From NCBI RefSeq assembly GCF_013315695.1, contig NZ_CP054353.1: a stretch of 64,000 nt of DNA; one strand, 5' to 3'. This document shows positions 23,399-34,408 of the stretch, in pieces (position 1 is the stretch's first letter; the number at the start of each line of letters is the position of its first letter). This stretch comes from Escherichia coli (GTDB taxonomy: Bacteria; Pseudomonadota; Gammaproteobacteria; Enterobacterales; Enterobacteriaceae). The notes below the pieces were generated by a model. The model saw only the letters and a program-made list of their open reading frames with translations, did not search any database and was not told the origin of the DNA. The position numbers and the translations under genes were made by a program.

Positions 23399-23499
23399 GC
23401 CGGATGCGGCGTGAACGCCTTATCCGGCCTACAAAATCATGCTAAATCAATACATTGCAGAGTTGATGTGGGCCGGATAAGCGCAGCGCATCAGGCAAT
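23399..23499. repeat. REP/BIME element pair
   Basis: gccggatgcggcgtgaacgccttatccggcctac and inverted partner ggccggataagcgcagcgcatcaggc; canonical E. coli REP motifs. Confidence 0.6.
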
Positions 23500-23522
23500 C
23501 TTACTTTTGTCATCAGTCTCAA

Positions 23523-24254
23523 TTACTGCGGGAACCACTGGTCATTGATTTTCTGATATGTACCGTCAGCTTTAATTGCTGCCAGCGCATTATTCAGTTT
23601 TTCCAGCAGAGCTTTGTTATCCGGACGTACAGCGATACCCAGGCCGGTGCCGAAGTATTGCGGATCGGTCACTTTTTCAGTCGCAACGCCCAGTTGCGGG
23701 TTGGTTTTCAGCCATTCATTAACCACCGCTGTGTCACCAAATACCCCATCAATACGGCCATTTTTCAGATCGATAAAGGCATTCTGATAACTGTCATAGG
23801 AGACAGTTTTCACTTCCGGGTGCTGATCCTGAATATATTTCTGGTGCGTGGTGCCGTTTTCCATCCCAATACGTTTGCCTTTCAGATCGGCAAACGTTTT
23901 GTAGGTATCTTTTTTGGCAATCACGACGGCTGAGTTTTCGTAGTAGGGCGTGGTAAACGATACCTGTTTGCTACGCTCCGGCGTGATATCCATTCCGGAG
24001 ATTACGGCGTCATATTTTCTGAATTTCAGTGACGGGATCAGGCTGTCGAACGCGTGATTAGTAAAAGTACATTCTGCCTGCATTTGTTTGCACAAGGCTT
24101 TTGCCAGGTCGATATCAAAGCCGACAATCTCATTATTAGCACCTATAGATTCAAAGGGTGGATAGGTGGCTGAAACGCCAAAATTGATTTTCTCTGCGGC
24201 AGAAGCACCGAAAGTAAAAGAAGCAAGTAAAGCGGCAAGAACTAACTTTTTCAT
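23523..24254 (-). CDS. artJ: Arginine ABC transporter periplasmic binding protein ArtJ
   Basis: 243-aa product from internal ATG (MKKLVLAALLASFTFGASA...); paralog of artI in the same cluster. Confidence 0.92.
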   Translation of the reverse strand: MKKLVLAALLASFTFGASAAEKINFGVSATYPPFESIGANNEIVGFDIDLAKALCKQMQAECTFTNHAFDSLIPSLKFRKYDAVISGMDITPERSKQVSFTTPYYENSAVVIAKKDTYKTFADLKGKRIGMENGTTHQKYIQDQHPEVKTVSYDSYQNAFIDLKNGRIDGVFGDTAVVNEWLKTNPQLGVATEKVTDPQYFGTGLGIAVRPDNKALLEKLNNALAAIKADGTYQKINDQWFPQ

Positions 24255-24323
24255 GATGGAACTCCCGTCTGTCAATCTTATGATTTTTGGCCGTGTCTGC
24301 GGCATGGGATAACAATGCCATCA

Positions 24324-24360
24324 AGTGAATTTATATGCAATAAATATGATTAAATAATTT
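24324..24360 (-). promoter_or_regulatory. Candidate ArgR operator (ARG boxes) in artJ promoter region
   Basis: AT-rich near-palindromic TGAATttatATgCAAT-like motifs upstream of artJ; artJ is a known ArgR regulon member. Confidence 0.35.
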
Positions 24361-24369
24361 AAATGAAAT

Positions 24370-24404
24370 AAAAAAAGACGGACAGCTTAGTGAGTTGTCC
24401 GTCT
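24370..24404 (-). terminator. Intrinsic terminator of the artPIQM operon
   Basis: Minus-strand hairpin gacggacaa...ctgtccgtc followed by a T7 run, between artM and the artJ promoter. Confidence 0.6.
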
Positions 24405-24427
24405 TCATTATAAGAATTTATGCACTA

Positions 24428-24466
24428 TGTAGGCCGGATAAGGCGTCCACGCCGCATCCGGCATCA
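24428..24466. repeat. REP element
   Basis: gtaggccggataaggcgtccacgccgcatccggcatcag. Confidence 0.55.
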
Positions 24467-24479
24467 GCACGCAGCCAAA

Positions 24480-25148
24480 TTAATTCCTTCGCTCAAACGC
24501 CAGTGCTTTACGCTCGATCAGACGCATCATCAGCGTCAGCAGACCGTTAACAATCAGGTAAATAATCCCTGCCGCACCGAACACCATGACATCGTAGGTG
24601 CGTCCGTACAACAACTGGCTGTATCCCATCACTTCCATCAGCGTAATGGTGTAAGCCAGAGAAGTACTTTTGAACACCAGCACCACTTCGTTGGAATAAG
24701 AAGAGAGCGAGCGTTTAAACGCGTACGGCAGCAGGATCGCCAGCGTATCTTTTTTGCTCATTCCCAGGGCGCTACAGGACTGCCATTGACCTTCCGGGAT
24801 CGCGCGAATCGCACCGTAAAACAGCTGCGTGGTGTACGCCGCACTGTTCAGCGACAACGCAATCAGCGCACATAACCACGGTTCTGACAACAAATGCCAC
24901 AGTGCCGGATACTCCTGCAACGTTGGGAACTGGCCCGGTCCGTAATAAATCAGGAAGATCTGCACCAGCAGCGGCGTACCGGTAAACAGCGTGATATAAC
25001 CCCGCACCAGCCACACCAGCACCGGCGTTTTCAGCGTCAGGATGATGGTAAAAATCAACGCCAGAATCAGTGCCACAATCAGCGAGGCAACGGTTAGCGT
25101 CAGGCTGGTGTGCAGCCCTTTCATCAGTTCGGGTAAATACTCAAACAT
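24480..25148 (-). CDS. artM: Arginine ABC transporter permease ArtM
   Basis: 222-aa multi-TMS ORF; synteny. Confidence 0.92.
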   Translation of the reverse strand: MFEYLPELMKGLHTSLTLTVASLIVALILALIFTIILTLKTPVLVWLVRGYITLFTGTPLLVQIFLIYYGPGQFPTLQEYPALWHLLSEPWLCALIALSLNSAAYTTQLFYGAIRAIPEGQWQSCSALGMSKKDTLAILLPYAFKRSLSSYSNEVVLVFKSTSLAYTITLMEVMGYSQLLYGRTYDVMVFGAAGIIYLIVNGLLTLMMRLIERKALAFERRN

Positions 25149-25864
25149 TAGCTGGGCCTCCGCTCAAAACGTGTCGCGCGCAGGTCAATGCGTTTGAGAA
25201 TGTACTGACTGAGCAGGGTGATCCCCAGATAAATCGCCGCCGCCACAATGTACCAGGTAAATGGTTCCTGGGTACGGGTAGCGATGCTTTTGGTTTGTAG
25301 CATTAAATCATTCACGCTTATCAAACTGACCAGCGCGGTATCTTTCAGCAGCACCAGCCACTGGTTACCGAGACCAGGCAGCGCATGACGCCACATCTGC
25401 GGCATCACCAGACGGAAAAAGATAGCCGATTTTGACAGCCCCAGCGCCTGACCAGATTCCCACTGACCCACCGGCACCGCTTTCAACGCGCCGCGCAGCG
25501 TTTGCGAGGCATAGGCGGCATACAGCAGTGACAGAGCGATGACACCACAAAGGAACGGGCTAACGTCGAAGTTCTCAATGTCCATCTGCACCGGGATCTG
25601 CACGAACCCAAGATTGATAGTGAAGCCATCCGAAAGCGTCAGCAGCAACTGCGAGGAGCCAAAATAGATAAACAGCACCACCAGAATTTCTGGCAGGCCG
25701 CGCAGAACCGTCACCAACGCTGAACCTGCCCACGCGACGGGACGCCATTTTGCAGACTCCCATACCGCAAAGAACATCGCCAGCGCCAGCCCGACAATCA
25801 ATGCACAAACGGCAAGGCCGACGGTCATCCCGGCGGCGCTTGCTAAAGGAAAAAATTCATTCAT
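25148..25864 (-). CDS. artQ: Arginine ABC transporter permease ArtQ
   Basis: 238-aa multi-TMS ORF; synteny. Confidence 0.92.
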   Translation of the reverse strand: MNEFFPLASAAGMTVGLAVCALIVGLALAMFFAVWESAKWRPVAWAGSALVTVLRGLPEILVVLFIYFGSSQLLLTLSDGFTINLGFVQIPVQMDIENFDVSPFLCGVIALSLLYAAYASQTLRGALKAVPVGQWESGQALGLSKSAIFFRLVMPQMWRHALPGLGNQWLVLLKDTALVSLISVNDLMLQTKSIATRTQEPFTWYIVAAAIYLGITLLSQYILKRIDLRATRFERRPS

Positions 25865-25870
25865 CAGGAA

Positions 25871-26602
25871 TTACTTCTGGAACCATTTGTTGTAGATGGT
25901 TTCGTAAGTGCCATCTTTCTTCACTTTTTCCAGCGCAGTGTTGAGTTTCTGCTGCAGTTCAGTGTTGCCCTGACGTACCGCGATGCCGAGACCAGTACCG
26001 AAGTAATCTTTATCGGTCACTTTGTCGCTCACTGCCGCCAGTTTCGGGTTGTCTTTCAGCCACTCGGTGACCACTGCGGTGTCACCGAATACGCTGTCGA
26101 TACGACCGTTTTGCAGATCCAGTTTTGCGTTCTGGTAGCTGTCATACGGAACGGTGGTGATTTCCGGGTGCTTATCCATAATGAACTTCTGGTGTGTCGT
26201 CCCGTTCTGAACGCCGACTTTTTTGCCTTTCAGCTGATCAACACTGGTGTATTTACCCTGCTGACCCACAAACAGGGCAGAGTTGTCATAGTAAGGGGTG
26301 GTAAACAGCACCTGCTTTTCACGTTCTGGGGTGATATCCATCCCGGCCATCACCGCTTCCACGCGACGGAATTTCAGGCTTGGGATCAGGCTGTCAAATG
26401 CCTGGTTGGAGAAAGTGCAGGTTGCATCAATCTCTTTACACAGCGCTTGTGCCAGGTCGACGTCAAAACCAACGATCTGGTTGTTTGCATCAATCGATTC
26501 AAACGGAGGATAGGAGGCTTCGGTAGCAAAACGAATAGTTTCGGCAGCTGTGGCGGAAAGACTAAAACCTGCAATTAACGCGGCAATCAGAACTTTTTTC
26601 AT
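25871..26602 (-). CDS. artI: Arginine ABC transporter periplasmic binding protein ArtI
   Basis: 243-aa ORF with signal peptide; paralogous to ArtJ. Confidence 0.92.
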   Translation of the reverse strand: MKKVLIAALIAGFSLSATAAETIRFATEASYPPFESIDANNQIVGFDVDLAQALCKEIDATCTFSNQAFDSLIPSLKFRRVEAVMAGMDITPEREKQVLFTTPYYDNSALFVGQQGKYTSVDQLKGKKVGVQNGTTHQKFIMDKHPEITTVPYDSYQNAKLDLQNGRIDSVFGDTAVVTEWLKDNPKLAAVSDKVTDKDYFGTGLGIAVRQGNTELQQKLNTALEKVKKDGTYETIYNKWFQK

Positions 26603-26619
26603 TGTTGTTATCCCGAATA

Positions 26620-27348
26620 TTAGTGAGAGAGATAGTTTTTAAATGCTTCGGTTTGCGGCTCGGTAAAGCAGCTCGCGTCGCCTTGTTCTACGATATGACC
26701 GTTTTCCATATACACCACTCGGCTGGCGGTTTTACGCGCCACTTCAACTTCGTGGGTGACGATCACCTGGGTAATATTCGTTTCTGCCAGCTCACGAATG
26801 ATGCTGACGATTTGTGCCGTAATTTCCGGGTCCAGTGCGGCGGTCGGTTCATCGAACAGCAGTACCTGCGGTTCCATCATCAACGCACGGGCAATAGCAA
26901 CACGCTGCTGCTGACCACCAGAAAGATGCAGCGGGTAACGATCGCTATAAGGTTTGAGACGCAGACGTTCCAGCAGTTTTTCTGCACGGGCCAGCGCCTG
27001 ATCTTTGCTCAACCCCAGTACACGGCAGGGCGCTTCAATCAGGTTTTGCTGCACGGTCAGATGCGGCCACAGGTTGTATTGCTGAAACACCATGCCAACG
27101 TTACGACGCAAATCGCGAATCGCTTTGTCAGAGGGTGTTTTGGTGAAATCGAAATGGTTGCCTGCAATGTTGAGCGTACCGGAGCGCGGCATCTCAAGCA
27201 GATTGAGTACACGCAGCAGCGAGCTTTTACCCGCGCCGCTGGGGCCAAGTAACACCAGCGTTTCGCCCTGTGGGCAATCCAGCGTGATATCGAACAGCGC
27301 CTGATGCGCGCCGTAGAAGCAATTAATGCCGTTTAATTGAATACTCAT
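26620..27348 (-). CDS. artP: Arginine ABC transporter ATPase ArtP
   Basis: 242-aa product from internal ATG ([18 protein letters not shown]...); Walker [10 protein letters not shown] and LSGGQQQRV signature. Confidence 0.92.
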
Positions 27349-27407
27349 TGACACTCGTATACTGGCAGTCTGATAGCTATTGAGGTCGAAGATAGTACCT
27401 TTGGCAG

Positions 27408-27467
27408 AATAATTATGCAATATTTCTGCTTTAAAAGTTAAAAGCAAAGCGCATTATTCAATAAACA
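27408..27467 (-). promoter_or_regulatory. Candidate ArgR operator region upstream of artP
   Basis: AT-rich ATTATGCAATATT and CATTATTCAATAAA motifs upstream of artP; the art operon is ArgR-regulated. Confidence 0.3.
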
Positions 27468-27565
27468 TAGCACAAAATAACGGGGGCGGTGGTCGGCGAG
27501 CATAAATGTCGGCATTCCTCACGAAATGCCGGACAATTTACGGGGTTTATTGGTTGATCAAGGCG

Positions 27566-28081
27566 TTAGCGATTCTCGATGGACTGACGGAGCGTACCCG
27601 CTGTGGCATGAACGCTACCGCCTAAGTAGCGCACATCGTCGATGACCCAACACTGGCCTTCCTGAATCATTAACACTTCATCCTGCCAGCCCTGGTCACC
27701 CTGTTTGAGATCCACGCGCAATGGAATGTTACGGGCATCACGATTAGGGATAGTCGATGCACTGGCAACGTGGGCGCTGTCTGGCAAGGTGGTTCGACTG
27801 GAGAACGGATCGCTGCTTAACAATTCACGATGACTGTTATCGCGGCTGGCATCGCTAAGTAGGGTTGCCAGTTTGTCACTCAAATAGGGGCGCAGGGCGG
27901 TAATGTCATTGCTGCGATGTTGAATGCGGTAGTCATAGAATTGTTGAGCCACGCTGTCAGGGCCACCCTGGACACAGGAACCGGTGCGGGGGCCGTTATC
28001 TTTATAAGCTGGCGTGACGGTGGTACAGGCACTCAGCAGCAGTGCACATGGAATAAGTAGAGATAGTGAACGGTAGCGCAT
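27566..28081 (-). CDS. ybjP: Lipoprotein YbjP
   Basis: 171-aa product with lipobox LLSAC; synteny. Confidence 0.88.
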   Translation of the reverse strand: MRYRSLSLLIPCALLLSACTTVTPAYKDNGPRTGSCVQGGPDSVAQQFYDYRIQHRSNDITALRPYLSDKLATLLSDASRDNSHRELLSSDPFSSRTTLPDSAHVASASTIPNRDARNIPLRVDLKQGDQGWQDEVLMIQEGQCWVIDDVRYLGGSVHATAGTLRQSIENR

Positions 28082-28087
28082 AATCAT

Positions 28088-30708
28088 TTCCTTATTAGCT
28101 TGCTGTCTGCGTCACACTACGACCAAACGTTATCAGATTATTTAATACATTGTTTTTAATACAATTCTGAAACAATCTGAACACCTGATTGGGTTTGAGT
28201 CCATTGCTGGCTACCCACTCAAGGTTGCTCGTAGCTGACTTACTTAAATTACCCAAACAATAGACAGTGTAAACCATTTGTGAGGTTGAGCGTGTTATAT
28301 GGCTGAAATGATCATTTAAGGTAAATATGATAGTTCTGAAATGGCGGGATAAATCCTCCTGTAGAGGTTAAGAGCATCTGCAAGAAGCCAGTTTCACATT
28401 TATAACGCGTGATAAATGAACGCGGTTATTGTCTAATCATTACAGAATTTTTCACATGCAATAAGAGATCCTGCAATTAAGATGATTGCTAAAATTACAT
28501 TGTATTTTTGAAAATGAGCGAAATTTGATAGTCCCAGCTTTGACTTTTGATAATATTATATATGCTACAGTTGTGGGTAAAGAATTTAAGCTAATGAGTT
28601 TGAGCGAAGAATAAATCAAACTGTATCAGTGTTTCGTTAATTAATATGAGTATAAATGCGTTGTGCTTTTATAATAATAAAGCACGAGGAGTTCAGTGGA
28701 ATATCTTTTCCCTTGGGTGATTTTTAATATGATAAACAATATATCTGATCAAGCATCATCATTTCCAGGCACACAACTGAATCAAAGTGATAATTTCCTC
28801 GATTCACTGAGGGAATTTTTCGCGATATTAAATTCCAGTCGTAAGGGTGAGTTGTCTACATGGGACACCATCTACTTGCATCTGATATTAGCAATAAATG
28901 CTGATAGTGATCTCATAAAAAATGATGAGTTGCTAGTGGAAAATATTCCATCAGCGAATTATCAATTTAATATATTTTTTAGTAATGCTTTCGAGATTGA
29001 TGTTAAAAAATATCTTGGCAAATCAGAAGATAACGAAGTTGAAATAAAAGTGGGTAATGAAAGAATTACCATTGGAATACGTAATGTATCGAATGGGAAA
29101 CTTGAAAGACAAAAATTTCTTTTCCCACTGGACTATGAGAATAAATTACAACATCAATTAGACAAGCATTTTACGATTGAATCGCATCCATTATTATACA
29201 GGCATACTATGGGTAGTAAGATTGCGAATGTGATTTTTGAAAAATTATACAGTCGTATTGACTTTAACAAAGAGCAATATATATCCTTTATAAAGGATGC
29301 GTTTATTCATTTTTATGATTATAGCAGGCGATATGCAATTAGTGAGAATATCGCAAAAGACGCTGTAACAAACAATATCGCATTGATGAGTACTTTTTAT
29401 GACAGTGAAAATACGTCAGGTGAGGTTTTAAATAATGATTTTACAGAAGAAGAATCATTTGAAACTGCGTTAAATATCGAGCATGCAATAGTGCTTGGAT
29501 TTGCTGATGATAATTTTGAAACAAAACCTGTTCATTATCAGGATTTATTAACACGATTTAGTGCCTTTCAAGATACCGTGTTTAATTTGTTTCCTGAAAT
29601 GCACTCTTCGCATTACAACGATATTTGTAGCGTAAGTGTGGATATGACAAAGGGAACGCAATGCATGATTCACTTGATGGTGAATGAAGAAGTTCTTATG
29701 TCGTTGCCTGTTCCAGTTGCCATGATGGTACGTGAAGATGCAACTAATTTAGTCAATCTTAAAACACTACTCAATGATGGTTGCTTTATTAAATATAGTC
29801 ATTTTAATGACGTGGCATTAATAAAGCAAAACATAAATAATCTCTATTTATCACACACTATTGTGAATGAAAGCATATTGAAAAAATGTTGTTTTGAAAA
29901 CGGCAGTTTAGGTGATGTTAAAATCACAAATAGCAATGTAATAAACAGTGTATTCAAAAATATTTCGTTTAGATCTGTTAAAATTAACAACGTAAATACT
30001 CATTCTTTAAAATTTATTAACTGCCATTTTTTCAATGTTGATATGATAAGAGTTAATTTCAGTAAATGTCTTTTTCATGACTGTAGTATGCATGGTGTCA
30101 AGATAAAACCATGGTTGCCAGTAAAATGGACAAAAGAATTAATAAATGATTATTTGTATGGCTGTTTACTATCTCTGTACTCTATCTGTGCAAGAGATAT
30201 ATATAATATGATCGCCGGTAATAACGTGAAGGTTGCTGCGGATGCTTTCCTTGAAATACTTTATTCTCTTAAAAATAAATATTGTATTAAACTATTAAGC
30301 GCTCAGGATCGGGCGTTTATATACGAATTTGCAAGAATGATCTTCGCTTATATTAATGACAAAAGCATTGAAATCTTATTACTTTCTTGTTTTGCGGCTG
30401 CTGACCAAAAAGCAATCCAGAGGTATATACCTCAGGCGCAAGATGGGGAAGACTTTAGGAATCATTTACAATATAAGTTGGCTCTTCCCACTCATTAATG
30501 TTGCCGGCACAACATAATAGGGCAGGTAAGCGGTGCTCCATAATGAAACCAATATCCGGTTACGAAACAGATAATTGTACAGGCTTATGTACCTGTTTTT
30601 GACACAATGAGATGATTTCCTAAACTGATCAAAACCTTCTTCCCAACATGGCATATCAGTCCGATAATGCTTTAGAGATCGAAGGCTTAACAAACAAGGA
30701 GAACGATC
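28088..30708. other. AT-rich inserted island between ybjP and ybjQ (absent from K-12 as recalled)
   Basis: Abrupt drop in GC content relative to flanking core genes; holds a single 600-aa ORF with no K-12 counterpart at this locus. Confidence 0.6.
28696..30498 (+). CDS. Pentapeptide-repeat protein, candidate EspX-like type III secretion effector
   Basis: 600-aa ORF from GTG at 28696 with SD gaggag 6 nt upstream. C-terminal third has tandem 5-residue repeats with a central F/L/M (SNVIN SVFKN ISFRS VKINN ... LKFIN CHFFN VDMIR VNFSK CLFHD). AT-rich codon usage. Confidence 0.6.
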   Translation: MEYLFPWVIFNMINNISDQASSFPGTQLNQSDNFLDSLREFFAILNSSRKGELSTWDTIYLHLILAINADSDLIKNDELLVENIPSANYQFNIFFSNAFEIDVKKYLGKSEDNEVEIKVGNERITIGIRNVSNGKLERQKFLFPLDYENKLQHQLDKHFTIESHPLLYRHTMGSKIANVIFEKLYSRIDFNKEQYISFIKDAFIHFYDYSRRYAISENIAKDAVTNNIALMSTFYDSENTSGEVLNNDFTEEESFETALNIEHAIVLGFADDNFETKPVHYQDLLTRFSAFQDTVFNLFPEMHSSHYNDICSVSVDMTKGTQCMIHLMVNEEVLMSLPVPVAMMVREDATNLVNLKTLLNDGCFIKYSHFNDVALIKQNINNLYLSHTIVNESILKKCCFENGSLGDVKITNSNVINSVFKNISFRSVKINNVNTHSLKFINCHFFNVDMIRVNFSKCLFHDCSMHGVKIKPWLPVKWTKELINDYLYGCLLSLYSICARDIYNMIAGNNVKVAADAFLEILYSLKNKYCIKLLSAQDRAFIYEFARMIFAYINDKSIEILLLSCFAAADQKAIQRYIPQAQDGEDFRNHLQYKLALPTH

Positions 30709-31032
30709 ATGCAATTTTCTACAAGCCCAACTCTGGAAGGCCAGACCATCGTCGAATATTGCGGTGTGGTGACCGGCGAAGCGATTTTAGGTGCCAATAT
30801 TTTCCGTGATTTCTTTGCCGGTATCCGCGATATCGTTGGCGGACGCTCCGGGGCTTATGAAAAAGAATTGCGTAAAGCGCGGGAGATCGCCTTTGAGGAG
30901 CTCGGCGATCAGGCCCGGGCGCTGGGGGCCGATGCCGTAGTCGGTATTGATATCGACTATGAAACGGTCGGGCAAAACGGCAGTATGCTGATGGTTAGCG
31001 TCAGCGGTACGGCGGTGAAAACGCGTCGATGA
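30709..31032 (+). CDS. ybjQ: YbjQ (UPF0145 family)
   Basis: 107-aa ORF starting [21 protein letters not shown]; synteny. Confidence 0.9.
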   Translation: MQFSTSPTLEGQTIVEYCGVVTGEAILGANIFRDFFAGIRDIVGGRSGAYEKELRKAREIAFEELGDQARALGADAVVGIDIDYETVGQNGSMLMVSVSGTAVKTRR

Positions 31033-31859
31033 GAAGAGTCTTCTGGCTGGTCGCCGCCGCTCTGTTACTGGCAGGGTGTGCCGGCGAAAAGGGCATTGTC
31101 GAGAAAGAGGGATATCAGCTTGATACCCGACGCCAGGCGCAGGCGGCGTATCCGCGCATTAAAGTGCTGGTTATCCACTACACCGCAGATGATTTTGATA
31201 GCTCGCTGGCGACACTGACCGACAAGCAGGTCAGCTCGCATTATCTGGTCCCTGCGGTGCCACCGCGATACAACGGTAAACCGCGCATCTGGCAACTGGT
31301 GCCGGAACAGGAACTGGCCTGGCATGCGGGGATTAGCGCCTGGCGCGGGGCAACGCGCCTTAACGACACCTCTATTGGCATTGAGCTGGAAAACCGTGGC
31401 TGGCAGAAATCAGCCGGAGTGAAATATTTTGCCCCGTTTGAACCGGCACAGATTCAGGCGCTTATTCCACTGGCGAAAGATATTATTGCCCGTTATCACA
31501 TCAAGCCGGAAAACGTAGTGGCACATGCGGATATCGCCCCGCAGCGCAAAGACGATCCGGGGCCATTATTTCCCTGGCAGCAACTGGCGCAGCAGGGGAT
31601 TGGTGCCTGGCCGGATGCGCAGCGGGTGAACTTTTACCTTGCCGGGCGCGCGCCGCACACACCGGTAGATACCGCATCATTGCTGGAGCTTTTGGCGCGC
31701 TACGGTTATGACGTTAAACCTGATATGACACCGCGCGAGCAGCGGCGCGTGATTATGGCGTTCCAGATGCATTTCCGCCCGACGTTATACAACGGCGAAG
31801 CGGATGCAGAAACACAGGCAATTGCCGAAGCGTTGCTGGAGAAATACGGGCAGGATTAG
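31029..31859 (+). CDS. amiD: N-acetylmuramoyl-L-alanine amidase AmiD (lipoprotein)
   Basis: 276-aa ORF with lipobox LLAGCAG; amidase_2 domain. Confidence 0.92.
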   Translation: MRRVFWLVAAALLLAGCAGEKGIVEKEGYQLDTRRQAQAAYPRIKVLVIHYTADDFDSSLATLTDKQVSSHYLVPAVPPRYNGKPRIWQLVPEQELAWHAGISAWRGATRLNDTSIGIELENRGWQKSAGVKYFAPFEPAQIQALIPLAKDIIARYHIKPENVVAHADIAPQRKDDPGPLFPWQQLAQQGIGAWPDAQRVNFYLAGRAPHTPVDTASLLELLARYGYDVKPDMTPREQRRVIMAFQMHFRPTLYNGEADAETQAIAEALLEKYGQD

Positions 31860-32869
31860 CGCGGCAGTTTTCCGTGGTCGCGTAGCCAGGCGGCAGTTTT
31901 CTCGATACCTTCATCCAGGGTGATGACTGGCTGATAACCTAACTCTTCCTGCGCACGCGTAATATCCAGCGTAAAGTCAAAATTCAACTTGGAGACGCCG
32001 TAGTGGGTCAGCGGCGGCTCTTTTGCTGACTTGCGGCCTAAACGCTCCATGCTGCGGGCGATCATATCCAGCATCGGGTAAGGAACCGAACGAATACGAC
32101 AGTCAATATTCAACTCGTCGATCAGCTTCTGCACGATGCTGCGCAGTGTGCGATGCTCGCCGTTGGTGATGTTGTACACACGCCCGGAAGGTAGCTTATC
32201 GCAGGCTTCCTGGCTTGCCAGCCACATGGCGTGCACGGCATTTTCATAGTAGGTCATATCGACCAGCGCACTGCCGCCGTGCGGTAACAGAATGCTGCCG
32301 TAGTGGTGCATCATATGCGCCAGACGGGGGATAAAGACTTTATCGTGCGGTCCGAACAGACTTTGTGGGCGCAGAATAGTAAAGCGCGTTTGTGGATTTG
32401 CCTGCGAAAGCATATTGATCACTTCTTCGCTGGCTGCTTTGCTACGGGCAAACTCGTTAGCGAAGCGGTGAGGGCGAAAATCTTCTTTAATATCGCGATG
32501 GTGGTGATAATCGAAGTACAGGGAGGGGGAAGAGATATGAATAAAGTTACGCACACCCCAGGCGACAGCCCATTCACCCAGGCGGCGAGTGGCGCGAACG
32601 TTAGCCAGATCGAAAGCCTGTTGTGTCCCCCAGGGCGAGGTAAAGCTGGAGCAGTGCCACAGCGTATCAATGCCCGCGAGCATCACTTTAGCTTGTGATG
32701 AGACCAGCTCGGTCAGATCCGCCGGAACAAACTCTGCGCCCATTTTTTCCAGCAATTTACCCATTGCCTCGTTGCGACCGGTCGCTCGCACGCTGATGCC
32801 TTTCTGGCATAAAAACTCTACCGCGTTTCGACCTAAGCCGCTGGTGGCGCCGGTAACCAGTACCTTCAT
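31856..32869 (-). CDS. ybjS: NAD(P)-dependent epimerase/dehydratase family protein YbjS
   Basis: 337-aa product from internal ATG ([19 protein letters not shown]...); Rossmann GxxGxxG motif. Confidence 0.88.
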   Translation of the reverse strand: MKVLVTGATSGLGRNAVEFLCQKGISVRATGRNEAMGKLLEKMGAEFVPADLTELVSSQAKVMLAGIDTLWHCSSFTSPWGTQQAFDLANVRATRRLGEWAVAWGVRNFIHISSPSLYFDYHHHRDIKEDFRPHRFANEFARSKAASEEVINMLSQANPQTRFTILRPQSLFGPHDKVFIPRLAHMMHHYGSILLPHGGSALVDMTYYENAVHAMWLASQEACDKLPSGRVYNITNGEHRTLRSIVQKLIDELNIDCRIRSVPYPMLDMIARSMERLGRKSAKEPPLTHYGVSKLNFDFTLDITRAQEELGYQPVITLDEGIEKTAAWLRDHGKLPR

Positions 32870-32967
32870 ATCAATCCACTGTTGTTGAGAAAATAACGTG
32901 CGCATTCTTCCGTGATTTCCTCCATGATGCAATGGGAAACATGAAAGAATAACGCAGGTTTTGTCGA

Positions 32968-34398
32968 TTAATCTGTGCTTTGTTCTGCCAGTCTGGCGAT
33001 TCGTTTTGCCATTCCGCGAAAAATAAACAGATGCGCGGGGATCATCAATAACCAGTAAAACAACCCTGGCATACCGTGCGGATGCCAGAATGCGCGAACA
33101 TCGATAGTACGATAGTCACCTTTATCTTCCAGGGTAAAACACAGTCGTCCCAGCCCCGGCGCTTTCATGCCAAATAACAGCGTAAGTTGTTTTTGCGGTT
33201 CAACGACAATCACTTTCCAGCTATCCACCGCATCTCCGGTCTGCAAATATTCACGCTCCGGGCGGCCTTTTGCCAGCTTATGACCGATCGCGCGGTCCAT
33301 CAGCGCCCGGGTCTGCCACAAAATATTACCAAAGAAATAACGCTCTCTACCGCCGATTTGATTCACCACCTGCCATAAAGCCGCAAGGCTGGCGGACGTT
33401 TTAACGGTAAACCCCGCCTGTTTGGCGAAATAACCGTACTCCGGTCGCCAGCGGGCAAAGGCCTGAGCGTCGTATCCCCAGTCGCTGGAGTTGACCAGCT
33501 TTTCTTCCTCTTTCAGGGTGCGACGTACCGCGTCATCGAAAGCAATCAGCCGTTGTGGGATGAGTGCACGTAACGCGGTGTCATCTGCCAGCAGATCGTG
33601 TTTCAGCCCCTGAATCAACGCTTTGGCGGTGGTGGGCGGTACGGAAGTAATCACATTGAGAAACCACACCGAAATCCAGCGGGTCGGAAAGGGGATGGGG
33701 ATCAACCAGCGGCGCTTACCGCTCACCGCCATAAAATGTTCAAACTGTTGCTGATAACTGAGTACTTCTGGCCCAGCGGCTTCGAAGATGCGATGTTCGC
33801 AGGCCGGATGATCTAACAGCGCCACCAGATAGTGCAGCAGGTTTTCCAGCGCAATGGGCGTGGTGCGTGAACGGACCCAGCGTGGCGGCGTTAACACGGG
33901 CAAGTTGTAAACCATATCGCGCATGACTTCGAACGCCGCTGAACCTGCACCAACGATTATTCCGGCACGCAATTCGGTCACCGGGACACCCGCTTCACGA
34001 AGAATATCCGCCGTAGCCTGACGGGCGCGCAGATGGTCCGACTGCTCATGTGGCGGGGCCTGCAACGAACTGAGAAAGATTAATTGCTTAACTGGGACTT
34101 CACGTAGCGCATCGCGGACGTTGAGGGCCACCTGGCGCTCCTGAGCGATAAAATCGCCGCCTTCGCCCATGCTGTGCACCAGAAAATAGACCGTATCGAT
34201 ATCCTGCAACAGGGCCGGAAGGTTATCCGGCCAGCTGAGATCGACTTTATGGCAACTGACATTTGCCAGTTGCAGCTTTGCAAGCCTGTCGACATGACGT
34301 GCCGCCGCCAGGATCTGATGCCCCTGCTGGCTGAGTGTTCGCACCAGATGCTGACCAATGTAGCCACTGGCACCGAGAACTAAAATGCGTTGCGGCAC
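32968..34398 (-). CDS. ybjT: NAD(P)-binding protein YbjT
   Basis: 476-aa product apparently from GTG ([19 protein letters not shown]...); the ORF-track 5' extension overlaps ltaE and is likely untranslated. Confidence 0.85.
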   Translation of the reverse strand: MPQRILVLGASGYIGQHLVRTLSQQGHQILAAARHVDRLAKLQLANVSCHKVDLSWPDNLPALLQDIDTVYFLVHSMGEGGDFIAQERQVALNVRDALREVPVKQLIFLSSLQAPPHEQSDHLRARQATADILREAGVPVTELRAGIIVGAGSAAFEVMRDMVYNLPVLTPPRWVRSRTTPIALENLLHYLVALLDHPACEHRIFEAAGPEVLSYQQQFEHFMAVSGKRRWLIPIPFPTRWISVWFLNVITSVPPTTAKALIQGLKHDLLADDTALRALIPQRLIAFDDAVRRTLKEEEKLVNSSDWGYDAQAFARWRPEYGYFAKQAGFTVKTSASLAALWQVVNQIGGRERYFFGNILWQTRALMDRAIGHKLAKGRPEREYLQTGDAVDSWKVIVVEPQKQLTLLFGMKAPGLGRLCFTLEDKGDYRTIDVRAFWHPHGMPGLFYWLLMIPAHLFIFRGMAKRIARLAEQSTD

Positions 34399-34408
34399 GT
34401 CTCCCTCC

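Noticed and set aside
28095-28277. 60-aa ORF at the left border of the AT-rich island
   Set aside because: Sits in promoter-like AT-rich DNA directly against the ybjP start with no RBS; likely spurious.
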